A DNA stretch of 64,000 bases. It comes from Bispira polyomma. Its lineage: Eukaryota. Every line of letters begins with the position of its first letter. Position 1 is the first letter of the stretch. The stretch covers positions 992,001-1,056,000 of the forward strand of contig OZ287756.1 in the NCBI GenBank assembly GCA_965649765.1, in the 5' to 3' direction. A program made the translations under genes and the position numbers. A model generated the notes under the pieces. The model did not search any database and had not been told where the DNA came from. It saw only the letters and a program-made list of their open reading frames with translations. This document shows positions 35,601-47,200 of this stretch, piece after piece.

Positions 35601-37871
35601 CCCAAGATATAACCGAATGAACAAAACACACTAAACTTTGAAAGTGCTAATTTTTAGTCACTATGTTTCTTTGTCTACCTGGGTGACCCAAGCTGAGATC
35701 AAACCCAGGTAGCCTTCCTTTACTTTTCACCCACTGTGCCACATTTAAATCACTTTGTTCATGTGTAGTTGGTTTGTTCTCTTCTCTAAGATTTGAGATT
35801 GATGACTTAGGCGGACAGTGTACATGGCAGAAAGACTTTGGTTATGATGAAGGGCAACCTTGTATACTACTGAAAACTAACAAGGTCAGTGCTTGAAGTA
35901 TTGTATACTACTGAAAACTAACAAGGTCAGTGCTTAAAGTATTGTATACTGTTTAAAACTAACAAGGTCAGTGCTTAAAGTATTGTATACTATTTAAAAC
36001 TAACAAGGTCAGTGCTTAAAGTATTGTATACTATTTAAAACTAACAAGGTGATTACTTAAAGTATTGTGTACTATTTAAAACTAACAAGGTGAGCGCTTA
36101 AAGTATTGTGTACTATTTAAAACTAACAAGGTCAGTGTTTAAAGTATTGTATACTATTTAAAATTAACAAGGTCAGTGCTTAAAGTATTGTGTACTATTT
36201 AAAACTAACAAGGTCAGTGCTTAAAGTATTGTATACTATTTAAAACTAACAAGGTGAGCGCTTAAAGTATTGTATACTTTCAAAAACTAATAAAATAATA
36301 AAGTGGATGTTTAGATAGATGTATTGAGACTACAAAAAAATATCGGTTTGCCAAGGAATGTATTGTGTATTACTTCGGCAAGTATTTCAAGAGATGAACT
36401 ATGTACTATTCCAAAATTACTAGATAGTGTGTAAATAGATATACAATAAGGTATTGTGTTCAAATCTTGGTATGTAAATATCAGTTTATATACATCATCC
36501 AAGTTGCTGAAGTGTGCATATGTTTGTTGAACATTTGTGTACAAATAATCACAAAATCTTCAGTAAATTCAGGGGTGGTATTCACAAAAGGGCTGGGTCT
36601 GAGACATGGTTCTAAATCTAGCACAAAAGTATGCTAGATCTAAGACATGGTCGTAAATCTAGCACAAAAGTATGCTAGATCTAAGACAAAGTTATCCCTT
36701 AGCCCTTTTGTGAATACTGTGGCAGGTATTTGACAATTCATCCAAGTGTGATGACGTCCCATGCTGTGGTGTTTACTAGGTGATTGGCTGGAGACCTATA
36801 CCATTTGACAGTCTGGATGAGATTGCTGCCATAGATCCTGAGGCCGCAGAGTGGTTACGTCACAATGGACAGTTTGATACAAGACATCTACCTGTTACCT
36901 GTAATGGACGGGTGTGTAATGCTCTCTAGTTAATGCAAACTGATTGCTGATTATAGTCAGTGGAATAAGTCTTAATCTTTGCTAAATTATGTCTGACAAA
37001 AATTAAGAAAAAATTTACTCTTTTCTTGCAAAACATAACCATATCAGTAATGTAAGATTTTAACACTAATGATGCGCAAAATTAAGTATAAAACCCCATA
37101 TGTTGTTTACTATTTATTTACTATTTACTATTACTATTTATGTTCAGTATGGGTCTCTGTCCTTTTGTGTTTTAGTAGGTCCCATGCTGCTTTTGTGTTT
37201 GTGTTTTAGTTTGATTCCTGCCTTGTATTGTATTTTAGTATATGATGGGATGTCTTGTGTTTCAATATGATCCCTGACTTTTGTGTTTTAGTATGACCTG
37301 TTATGACTTTGTGTATGACTTATACTACTTTTTGGCTTTAGTATTACCCCTACTTGTTTCGTGTTTTAATATAAATCACATTTCATGTTTAAGTATGATC
37401 TATGTTTTGTGTTTTAGTATGACTTCTGCTTTAATATGTGACTTTCTATGGCCCCTGCTTTTTTGTGTTTTAGTACCATCCCAGCATTGTGTGTGTTTTA
37501 CAATGATCCTTGTATATCTCATTTTTCAGTAACACCCTGGTCTTGTTTTGTGTTTTAGTGTGATCCTTGTTTTGTGTTTTAATCTTTTTGGTCTTTATTT
37601 CATGTTTCGTGTTTTTCTTTGTGTGTTTTAGTATGACGCAGACATTGAGAACTTTGGTAACATCACGCTCTACCCTAAGACGGGGTTCAATGGCGACTTC
37701 TTCCCTTACCTCAACCAGGAGGGTTACAGATCGCCACTGGTCATGTTAAAGTTCATCAGACCTATTAATGGAGTGGTCATCAATGTGATGTGTAAGATCT
37801 GGGTGAAGAACATCCAGCATATACCTAATGATGGGGTGGGAGTCATAACGTTCTCTTTACTGGTGGACTGA
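32682..37871 (+). CDS. atp1b: Na+/K+-ATPase beta subunit, 7 exons, 320 aa
   Basis: Exons 32682-32841, 33533-33673, 34500-34610, 35393-35477, 35791-35884, 36780-36911, 37632-37871: all GT-AG, phases consistent, 963 nt. Motifs: TFLG, LLYLAFYG TM, PGLSYRP, FGYDEGQPCILLK.NKVIGWRP, FFPYLNQEGYRSPLV, six ectodomain Cys. Confidence 0.95.
33325..33500 (-). mobile_element. L2-type LINE/SINE 3' tail fragment
   Basis: CACCTTAGAATCC...GAGATTAAGCGCTATAAAAGATTAGATTAG resembles the LINE tail at 59250..59310. Confidence 0.55.
33646..33985 (+). repeat. 38-39-bp tandem array duplicating the atp1b exon 2 end and splice donor
   Basis: About 8 units of GATGAGTC.CCACT.AG.AGTCTG.CAG|GTGAGGAACA, degrading distally. 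Confidence 0.9.
34631..34884 (+). mobile_element. full-length tRNA-derived SINE with TSD
   Basis: A box TGGCCTAGTGG, B box GAGTTCGAATCCC, TSD ATCGCTCACTA (34620-34630 and 34885-34895). Inserted 20 nt downstream of the atp1b exon 3 donor. Confidence 0.88.
35860..36292 (+). repeat. 41-bp tandem array (~10.5 copies) duplicating the atp1b exon 5 end and splice donor
   Basis: Unit TGTATACTACTGAAAACTAACAAG|GTCAGTGCTTAAAGTAT; the first copy is coding. Confidence 0.95.
36570..36725. mobile_element. short MITE with an internal 39-bp duplication
   Basis: 17-bp inverted repeat GTATTCACAAAAGGGCT (36578) / AGCCCTTTTGTGAATAC (36701). Confidence 0.75.
37140..37636 (+). repeat. degenerate array of splice-acceptor-like units upstream of atp1b exon 7
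   Basis: Many TGTGTTTTAG|TATGA-like copies; the last one is the functional acceptor at 37631. Confidence 0.8.
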
Positions 37872-38989
37872 GGACTTTATGGGTGGTTTTTACAAAGTAG
37901 TGTGTACAAACACTTCCATATTTACAACAGTACTTTAACAATACAGGATGTGTACAAACACTTCTATATGTACAATAGGACTTTAACAATACAGGATGTG
38001 TACCTCTATCAGCCAGTTGTATTTTAGTCGATCTAATCTACGTGATCGAGGTGATATTGTCTGCTTTGTTTGTTTATCTTTGTCATTCACATGGTCCGTT
38101 CCTCCAAAGTGATTTTTTATGAATTATAATAAAAGTTAACTAGATAAAACACAACATATTAATAAATAATATATTTGTCATGCTGCATAGCAAACATTGT
38201 ATCTTATTAAAGGTTATTTATCAAGACTGAACTGAGTCAATATAACTGTATGAGAAGATTGAATATACAATGTTTATCCTTTAAATGTAAATGTGTTGCT
38301 TGAACTCCTTTCTATTTAATCCTATCTATAAACTCAGAATAAATAATGTTATATTTCAATTGAACAAATATTGAAAAAGTTATAATTATTCAGCTCTGAA
38401 CTGATCTTTTTTGTAGGTAATGTAATAACATGTATGCATAAAGTGTTCCTAGTTGTTCTTTTCTATGTCTTTTTTACATTTGTAAAGTTTTGTAGAAAGG
38501 CTTACAACCTCATTAGAATATTTTGTTGTATTTTAAGAATTAAATTTAACCATCAGTGACATATTTGTCTTAGGAGAAAATGATTACAGGTATTTGTTGG
38601 GCGGTATCTACAGTCACAATCAACCAGATATTAATTCATTGAATGTAATAGGACCGATCTGTTTCCTCGACTAAACCCACCAAGAGGGTTGGATCTAGAG
38701 CTTTCTCGCTGGCCTTATATTATGGAATAATCTTTCTGTTGAGTTTAGATCACTTCAGACTCGCATCCCCCACCTTAATTTCCCCCTGTACACCCTCACA
38801 CTCTTACATATGACTTCTTTCTTTGGACTTCTCAATATGTTGATTGATACTGTTGTTGCACTTTAAAAGATGCATCAAAAATTGAAAATGTTGAAATCAT
38901 ATCTAATAAGGTTTTATCTGATTTGATCATTTACATTCTCCGAGTGGGTCTTGCTGGGAGGGCAATTACTACCAAGACTGCCACATAAC

Positions 38990-39200
38990 AGGGGGTTCCA
39001 AGTGGCCTAGTAGTTCAAAGCCTCAATGTGGGTTTGAATCCTGTTTGTCCATCTATGTGTAAAAGTTTGTCAGGTACTTGCAGTAGGTCAGTGATTTACA
39101 GTGGCTTCAGCACTGATTTTTTCCATCATTAAATCTGGCCATGGTGATATAAGCTCAGCTGTTGAAGTGGTGTACAACTGAAACTAACATCAAATATATT
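38990..39200 (+). mobile_element. degenerate tRNA-derived SINE
   Basis: GTGGCCTAGTAG and GGTTTGAATCC boxes plus a body shared with ~49500-49690 (-), 52045-52280, 53430-53750, 57090-57220 and 57770-57880. Confidence 0.7.
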
Positions 39201-40449
39201 TAAAGCTAAACACAAGCACCAATACTATTTACAACCATTACTGTACATTATTAAATACACTTTGAATGTAGTACCTAGTTCAAAGATACAATCTTCGGCC
39301 AACAGCGAGGATTCTGGCTTAAGGCTCTCCTGCACAAGACAAAATTGTCCTTTTTGTTTTCTGATATATGTAGCTTTTTTTCTAAGATGCCTGTCAAGTT
39401 GTGATCTATTTTAAGACATAGATTTGTCTTTTCTCTTTTGCACAAAGCATGTACCTACCCCTAAATCAAATGTTTGACAATCACTGTTTTCCTTCATTAG
39501 AATTCAATGTATATCCCAAGGGCGTTATGTTGTTAGCTGTGACTGTTGGAGGGAAATAGGCTTATGTAAATGTGTCTAGGTGTACAGTCTGATATCACCT
39601 CTATTGAGTTTAAATCCCCAGCCTGGGTTCTTCCACTGGTCAACCAATTGTTAAGTCTCGGCTCACTCAGGAAGCATACTAGCCGTGCAGTCACATATGG
39701 TTCAAAGACTAACACCCATTAGCAGCTAGGTACGAACTTATACACCTCGGTATACAGGGTCAACTTTGTGTAATGCACCAAGGGTACAATCTCTAGGCCT
39801 GCAGCGATGATCGAACCAATGAATGAACAATTACATTTTAGAGCAGATCTGTTTACAATTGATGAACAAAAATCCATGATAATAAAGCCTTTGATTCAAA
39901 ACAAAATAAAATGAATGCCAGCTATATAATAAAAAGAGAAGGTTACTGATTAGGTTCTACAAAACCAAATATTTGAGTAATATATTCCCACAAACAAAAA
40001 CCAAAGGTTAAATGAGAACGGCATTGTTAATAAGAAATAAAATGATGTTGTTATATTCTATTTGCTAATGAGTATTTAATGTACACCAAATACAATGCAC
40101 TGAATCTATATTGCCTTTATATACACTAATTGATAAGTAGTTTGTTATATGTACAACTAGGTACACTATTACAAAGTGTCTAATTAAATCAGACATTGAT
40201 TTTAACAGAACTGTCAGTGATCAACTCAAGTATGCCACCATATTTCTCATACACAAAGGCACTCGAGAATCTATTTGAAGTTTGATGTTAGTTTAAGTCA
40301 CGAGATATTTAATACATATGGTACACACACCCAATCCTTGGGCCATATGGACACTCTATTCTATATGCTTATACACATATGCCAAAGATGGCCCCTGATA
40401 CTATCATACTTTTACTAGTGTCTCACCACCAATGCCAGAATATCCCAAA

Positions 40450-41240
40450 TATTGTCTAAGTTAATTCCACTTGCACTTATTGATCTGTGATAATTCCGAT
40501 TATTTCACCGGGAGAAATACACACCATGTTAGACACTTCTGTTTGATTCAGAATATCCTATATATTATACATTTGTTACACATTCATACCAATGTATTAG
40601 GCATTATACATACTGTATGAGATACCAATTTTATGAGGTATGAGGGTCAACTAAAGAGAAATGCATCCAATACGGTTGAGCTCACAATAAATAGGAGACA
40701 TATTTGATGTTCCCTGCATGATTTTGCAAAACGTGGGATATTTCACAAAAAATATGTACAAATATTTATAAATAAATGTACTCATTTCCTCTCTCACGAT
40801 TCCATGATGTGGCATCTCACCATGTAAGAGCCAGATACGTCCAATACACACCATGTTAGACTCATTTTGATCCTATACATTATCATTTTGACACATTCAC
40901 CACACAAATCTATTAAGCTTCAAACGCACTTTATCAGACACAATTTTTATTCAGATTGTCTTCCCATATAGTGTACACTCATTGACTCTGTCACAAATCC
41001 GCCATGATATCTCACTATGGGAAGAGTCATATAAGCCCTTTACACACTGTGTCAGATACATTTGATTTTAGAATATATTTCACTCTAATGCTTTGAACCC
41101 TACTAGATAAACTTGATTCAGGAAATTCTATACATTATATACGTATTCACACTAATACATCTTAAGCCCCTATACACATTGTATCAGACACCATTTTTTT
41201 CTGATTATATCCCATCTGGTGTACACTCGATTTCCACGAT
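40450..41240. repeat. degenerate 200-300-bp tandem duplications downstream of the nAChR-like stop codon
   Basis: Recurrent TACACACCATGTTAGAC, TATCAGACAC and GTGTACACTC blocks. Confidence 0.6.
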
Positions 41241-41245
41241 GACCT

Positions 41246-44200
41246 TTACCGCGGGAATAGCCAGATGAGTGATGCTATAATGACGAGTAGGTAGAGACAC
41301 ATGAGGAGTCTGTCCATACGTGTGGCCACCTGACCCCACTCCTGCTGGATACACACAGACTCCTGCTGTCTCTTCTCATCTTGTCTTCTTTGGCTGATAT
41401 ACCCGTGTAGAGCACAACACAGCTTGTCTGTGGCTGGAGAGACAGCAAGCCATATCAAATATTATTATTATTATCAAATGTTTTAGCTCCTGTTTTTGAT
41501 TATATCTTAATTCTAAGGTGCTAAATGAAAATGACAGAAACTACAACTGATTAACCCCTTTAACCTTTAGGTTGCCAGCTAATATTATTTTATTTTCCTG
41601 CCCTGTTGGTAGTCTGTGGTGTGTTTTAGTGACTATATCTGTAACCTATTACCCAAAAAATCTCAAAAAGTTCCCGGTGATAGTTTTTTAATGTTATCGT
41701 AAGGGTCAGGAACAATATGTTTTTAACTTGCATCAAAAGACATATGAGGAAGGAGAATATTATTATTGCCAGACGTTTTAACATGTATTCGTTATTATAT
41801 CAAATTCTAAGTCACTAGAATAACTGATAATCAGAATCCAAAAATCACAATTGAAGAAACAGCAAAAAAGTCAAAAGACCAAATCATACCTTAGTAACAG
41901 CTTTGGGGAGAATGCGTCATTAAGCAAATAGCTTTTATCAAAAGGAAACGAAAACAATTTATAGATTTGTTTGAGTGCTATTAACGCTGCATTTGTAATA
42001 ATTTAACTATAGATCAAAATATTTTGGCAAGCCACAGTAAAAAAAACTTGTACGCAATTGCGGCAGTCTTCAATTGACACTGTGTCTAGTAGGAAGCTAA
42101 TAGAAAAAATTTGGAATTGGTGAAACATACCTGAACAACTAACCAAATGTGCTGATCAGTTTTGAATGCAAAGCAATTAGGTAAAGTTTCAAAATCTAAA
42201 ACAATAAATATTACAGTTTTTATCATTACTGGCACTAACCAAACAAGTAGCAACTGTAATTGTAAACTATTTTGGCAGACATTATTTTACAGTCATTATG
42301 TTAACTTTTTTTATTTCAGACCGAAATTAGTTTATATAAACAAACAGAAATAAACTGCACATCGTGGAGGATAAACAGGATACAAACTATAGCTATACCC
42401 ACATCAAATAATCAGTATCCAGGATACAAGCTATAACTTTACCCCCATCAACCTATCAGTATCTAGAATACAAGCTATAACTTTACCCCCATCAACCTAT
42501 CAGTATCTAGAATACAAACTATAGCTTTACCCCCCATCCCCCCATCAACCTATCAGAATCCAGGATACAAGCTATAGCTTTATCCCCCCCCACCCCATCA
42601 ACCTATCAGTATCCAGGATACAAGCTATAGCTTTACCACCACCACCCCCCCCCCCCCCCATCAACCTATCAGTATCCAGAATACAAGCTATAACTTTACC
42701 CCCCCCCCCCTCCCCATCAACCTATCAGTATCTAGGATACAAGCTATAACTGTACCCAACCCCCCCCCCCCCCCATCAACCTATCAGTATCTAGAATACA
42801 AGCTATAACTTTACCCCAATCAACTTATCAGTATCTAGAATAAAGCAATAGCTTTACCATCCATCAGTTTATCAGAATACAAGATACAAGCCAAAGCTTA
42901 ACCCCCAATCAACCAATCAGTATACAGGATACAAGCAATAGCTTTACCCCTATCAACTAATCAAAATACAGGATACAAACAATAGCTTAACCCCTATCAA
43001 CCAATCAGAATACAGGATACAAGCAATAGCTTTACCCCCATCAACCAAATAGTAGTGCTTGCGTTGTTTTCCAATGAGTATTTTAGGCCCACCTGCTCAT
43101 TAAAATAAACACTTGCAGAAAAGCAGGCTAGCAAAATAAGAAAAATAAGTACTGCAAATTTAGCTTACAGTTCCGCCATATAAGGTAAGGGTGAAGGCCA
43201 TTTAGGTTATAACATAGAATGTTGAATGTAGTAGAACAAAATGGCTCAAAGGTCTCAAGTTGCTATTTACAAACAACAAAATGGCTTAAAGTTACTATTT
43301 ACAAACAGGAATAAACTTTTAACTCTAATAATCATGTCACGTGGATTAGTTACTGAAGTTATCAGCCGATATATATGAATTAGTTCAATACTTACTTCAT
43401 GACTGTTAAGCGTCACCCGAATACAGAGACATAAGTATTACTGACGTAAATTAGCGAAAAATAAATATTGACACGCCACTCAAATGTGGCTAGTATTTAG
43501 GGTAAAGCTATAGCTTTACTAACCATTAACCAATCAGTATCTAGGATACAAGCTATAGCTTTAGCTCCCATTAATCAATAATAATGTAGGATACAAACAA
43601 TAACTTTACACCCATTAAACAATCAGAATCTAAGATACAAGCAATAGCTTAACCCCTATCAATTAATCAGAAGCTGGCATACACACTTTTGCTATTACCA
43701 ATCAACCAATCACTGTACCTGTTGAGCCCTCTGTAGTACTAGATTTAAAAATATCCAACAGTTGACCTAGTTCATCGTCTGACCTTTGACCTCTGACACA
43801 CGTAAAATAGACACTACCATTGGCTGTTTTATAGACATTCCCAGAGGGCAATCGGAAAAGCTGTAAAAAGTAAGATATCATCATTGGACTTGAAAATCTT
43901 TTAGATTATAGTACATGTTTTATTACTATTATCAATAATAATTTTAGAAGTTTTAGCAAAATGGCCACATTTACTGCTGGTCAAGCAAACCGATACTATT
44001 GCAATTTGTTTTTGAATACAGTAAACCACCACCCTACCTCAAGTACCTCACGTATTTCTTTCTCTATATAAATATATTAGTGGGATTTGAACAACTGAGA
44101 AACAATTGAGTGAACAGAAGATTTTGTTGAACACTCCACCCCTTGGACTGAAGTTTATCACAAGTGTACATTAAGACAACACAAACATATGTAACATATT

Positions 44201-47200
44201 ACTAACACTTTAAAAAATAATATTTAAATCCATGTAATTATATATTTAATATATGGAACTTTAGTTCCAAGAAATAAATAATAAATATACAGAATCTCTC
44301 CTTCACCTTTTTGATCCAGATAGGGACGGTTCTCCGAGATGACTTTCCCATCCCACCTATGTGTGTGATCAGAGAGGACAGGAAAATCGACAGCATCACT
44401 ATGACTATGTTAAAACAGTAGTAAATACCTGGCGAATAGAAGAGAACATATTTATGGCCACACTCGTTTCAGATATGAGACTTTATCCACTGTGTCATTG
44501 TCCTCCAAAAACTAGATATGCTATTGGACTACTTTACATTTATTTAGTTATTTTTGGTTTGAGGTAAATTTAAACAATTAGCAATAACATTGTGACAGGA
44601 AGTTATTTGGTGGAGAAAACCAGAGGAGGGTAGTTACTCAGTGAATCACATGGCTGAGACTTAAACCAGCCTCTGTAGTGACAGGGACACTGTTATCCCC
44701 AGAGTGCCAGTAAATAACATATATGGCCCTGTAGCTTTCAGAACAATTCTGTTCTTCCCCTACCAGTGTATGAATACATATACTTCCGTGTAGGAATTCA
44801 TGTATTATATATATTTTCCAAGATTTAGTTCCTATATATATCTTAATATATAAGTCGACAGGTTGACAGGCTGAGATGTTATGAAATATAATTAGGTTGT
44901 CAGGTTGACAGGCCGACGGGTCGACAGGTTGATAGATATTTGATAAAATATAGTTACTCTAAATATTATCTGTAGAAATAGGTTGTCATGCAAAATAATT
45001 AATGACCTATAGATATTTGATTAAAACATAGTTCCTTCATATTATCGTCATATAGTCATGGAAAAAAAAAAATAAAAACCAAAAACAAAATTCTTGGAAA
45101 AATGTTAATGACCTGTCGACTCATCGACCTGAGAAGCTGTCAACCTGTCTATTGGTATATATTTTTATAATTATTTGACATAACTACTTTTTTGGTACTA
45201 CTTTTTAAAATGGTGGCAAGGTAGGGAAATTCTAGAATTTAGCCTAGCTTTCTGTACAAGACAACACAAGATGTGTAAAATAGGATTGCATATTTGAGTT
45301 CCTAAATTCAATATGAATGGTAACATGTCTAGCTATTCAAATTAATTTCGACATGTAATTTCAATAGTTGAAGACCTTTGATTTTATATGACCTTGGGGT
45401 TCCCAATTATCTCACAGATTACCAACATAATGAAACATAATCAGTGTGTGGGTGTCACATTGACCTCGGAACAAAGTTAAAAAAGGTCATTTTTCAAAAG
45501 ATTCCTGACCCTGGCATGATAATTCTGTTGTAAAATTAAATGTGAAATATTTTCATGACACACAGAATATTAACTGAGAATATGAATTTTGTCTAAAAAA
45601 TAACAACATACACTGTTTGTATTTTTAACCCAAACAAATCTACTCCTAGAATTAATCTTTCTTTATATTTTTCAACATAACCACGCTTTCTGGAAGTATT
45701 CCCTTTGCAATATTTGCACAGTTTTATTAAATGTGATCATACTATATGTCTTTATAGTTTATTGTCTAAGATTTAAGGTCTGGTCTCATTAATATGTTTG
45801 TCAAATTCACACAATGTATAAGGAAGAAATTGTTCATGTTTCTGTCATGTTCCTTTGCTAATAGATCAAGGAGATGTCACTAACATGGAACGAGTGAACA
45901 CTTATGGTCACCAATCCATACTTTTACAGACAAATGCCCACAAAAATGAAATATGTTTCCTCATGTTTGCACACTGATGCAGACATATGGAAATAAACCA
46001 AAACATTTTACACGTACTGCAACTTTTACGAAGCACACTGCCACTTTTAATGAAATTTGGGAAAATCCCCGCAAACCAGCCGTGAATGGTAGATCTGTTA
46101 CAATTGTTTTAAGCAAACTTTCGCTACTAATATCCACTTATCAAGACGTTTTTGTCAAACTTTTTTTCACAGATTTATTTCTTATACAATCAGGGTGGAG
46201 ATTCTTCTAAAGGAGGCCGAGGTATTAATTAGCAATATGAAATATGGTAAAGTATGTCTTGTTATGACGGTATGGCTTCATGTGTTAGGTTTAATAAAAA
46301 AAATAACTTTCAAAGGTATTACACAAATGGTAATTGGAGCTGGATTTTACAAAATCGAGTTTAACAAATGTTCATAAAAATAGCCTGTACAATGCTTTCT
46401 AAATGATTTTCTGTGATAATTCAGTTATATTAATAAAAACAGACCAAACAGCATAACAGTCGATATTTTAAAGCATTTTTCAACTTTTTGAAAACTGTTA
46501 TTTGTTATGTATTTTCTTGCTAGTTTTCTTCATTAGAGAATTACTGTCAGTGAAAGCTTTCTAAAAAAATTGAAGTAAAATAATATTTTAAGCCAGAAAA
46601 CGTTAGAAAACGTTAGAAAATAGAACCCCAGATCTGGGTATGAAGCTTTTTGTGCTTGTACAGTTTTTCCATGCAAATGTACTTTGGTAAAACAGTTATA
46701 AAACAGGCCACACATAAACTGCTGATAAGTGGCTTGGTATTCATTGTATCTGATGTGGTACATTAAGAGAGATTGCTAAAATAAAGAAAATGCTATATAT
46801 ATAGAGAGATATATTCACAAATATTATCATTATTGAAGTATTTATAAAGCTCCTTATTGATATTTTATCCTCTAAGGCGGTTATTCCACAAAGGGATAGT
46901 CCTACAAGGATAGCCTGGGTCATCATCACTAGGCAATAGCATTTGTGGCATGTTCTTGTGGTATGCTCTTGGGTTATATACCAGAGACTCACCCAGTTTG
47001 GGAATGGCAGCACTGGTGGGCGGAGCAGACTCCACCAGGATTAATAGTAACAGCAAAAGGCTTCCAAATATAGTCATACCTGAAGATTAAAAACAAAGAA
47101 ATTAAAGCAGAAAATTGAGACAGGGTTTAAATTTAGAGCTAATTAAAAAGAAATATTTGTCAATAAAATGCAACAAATATGCCACTGTGACAAAATGAAA

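Noticed and set aside
41551-42360. piggyBac-like element starting TTAACCC
   Set aside because: No matching right terminus found.
45180-46870. AT-rich DNA-transposon-like interior with short ORFs
   Set aside because: No termini or protein motifs could be supported.
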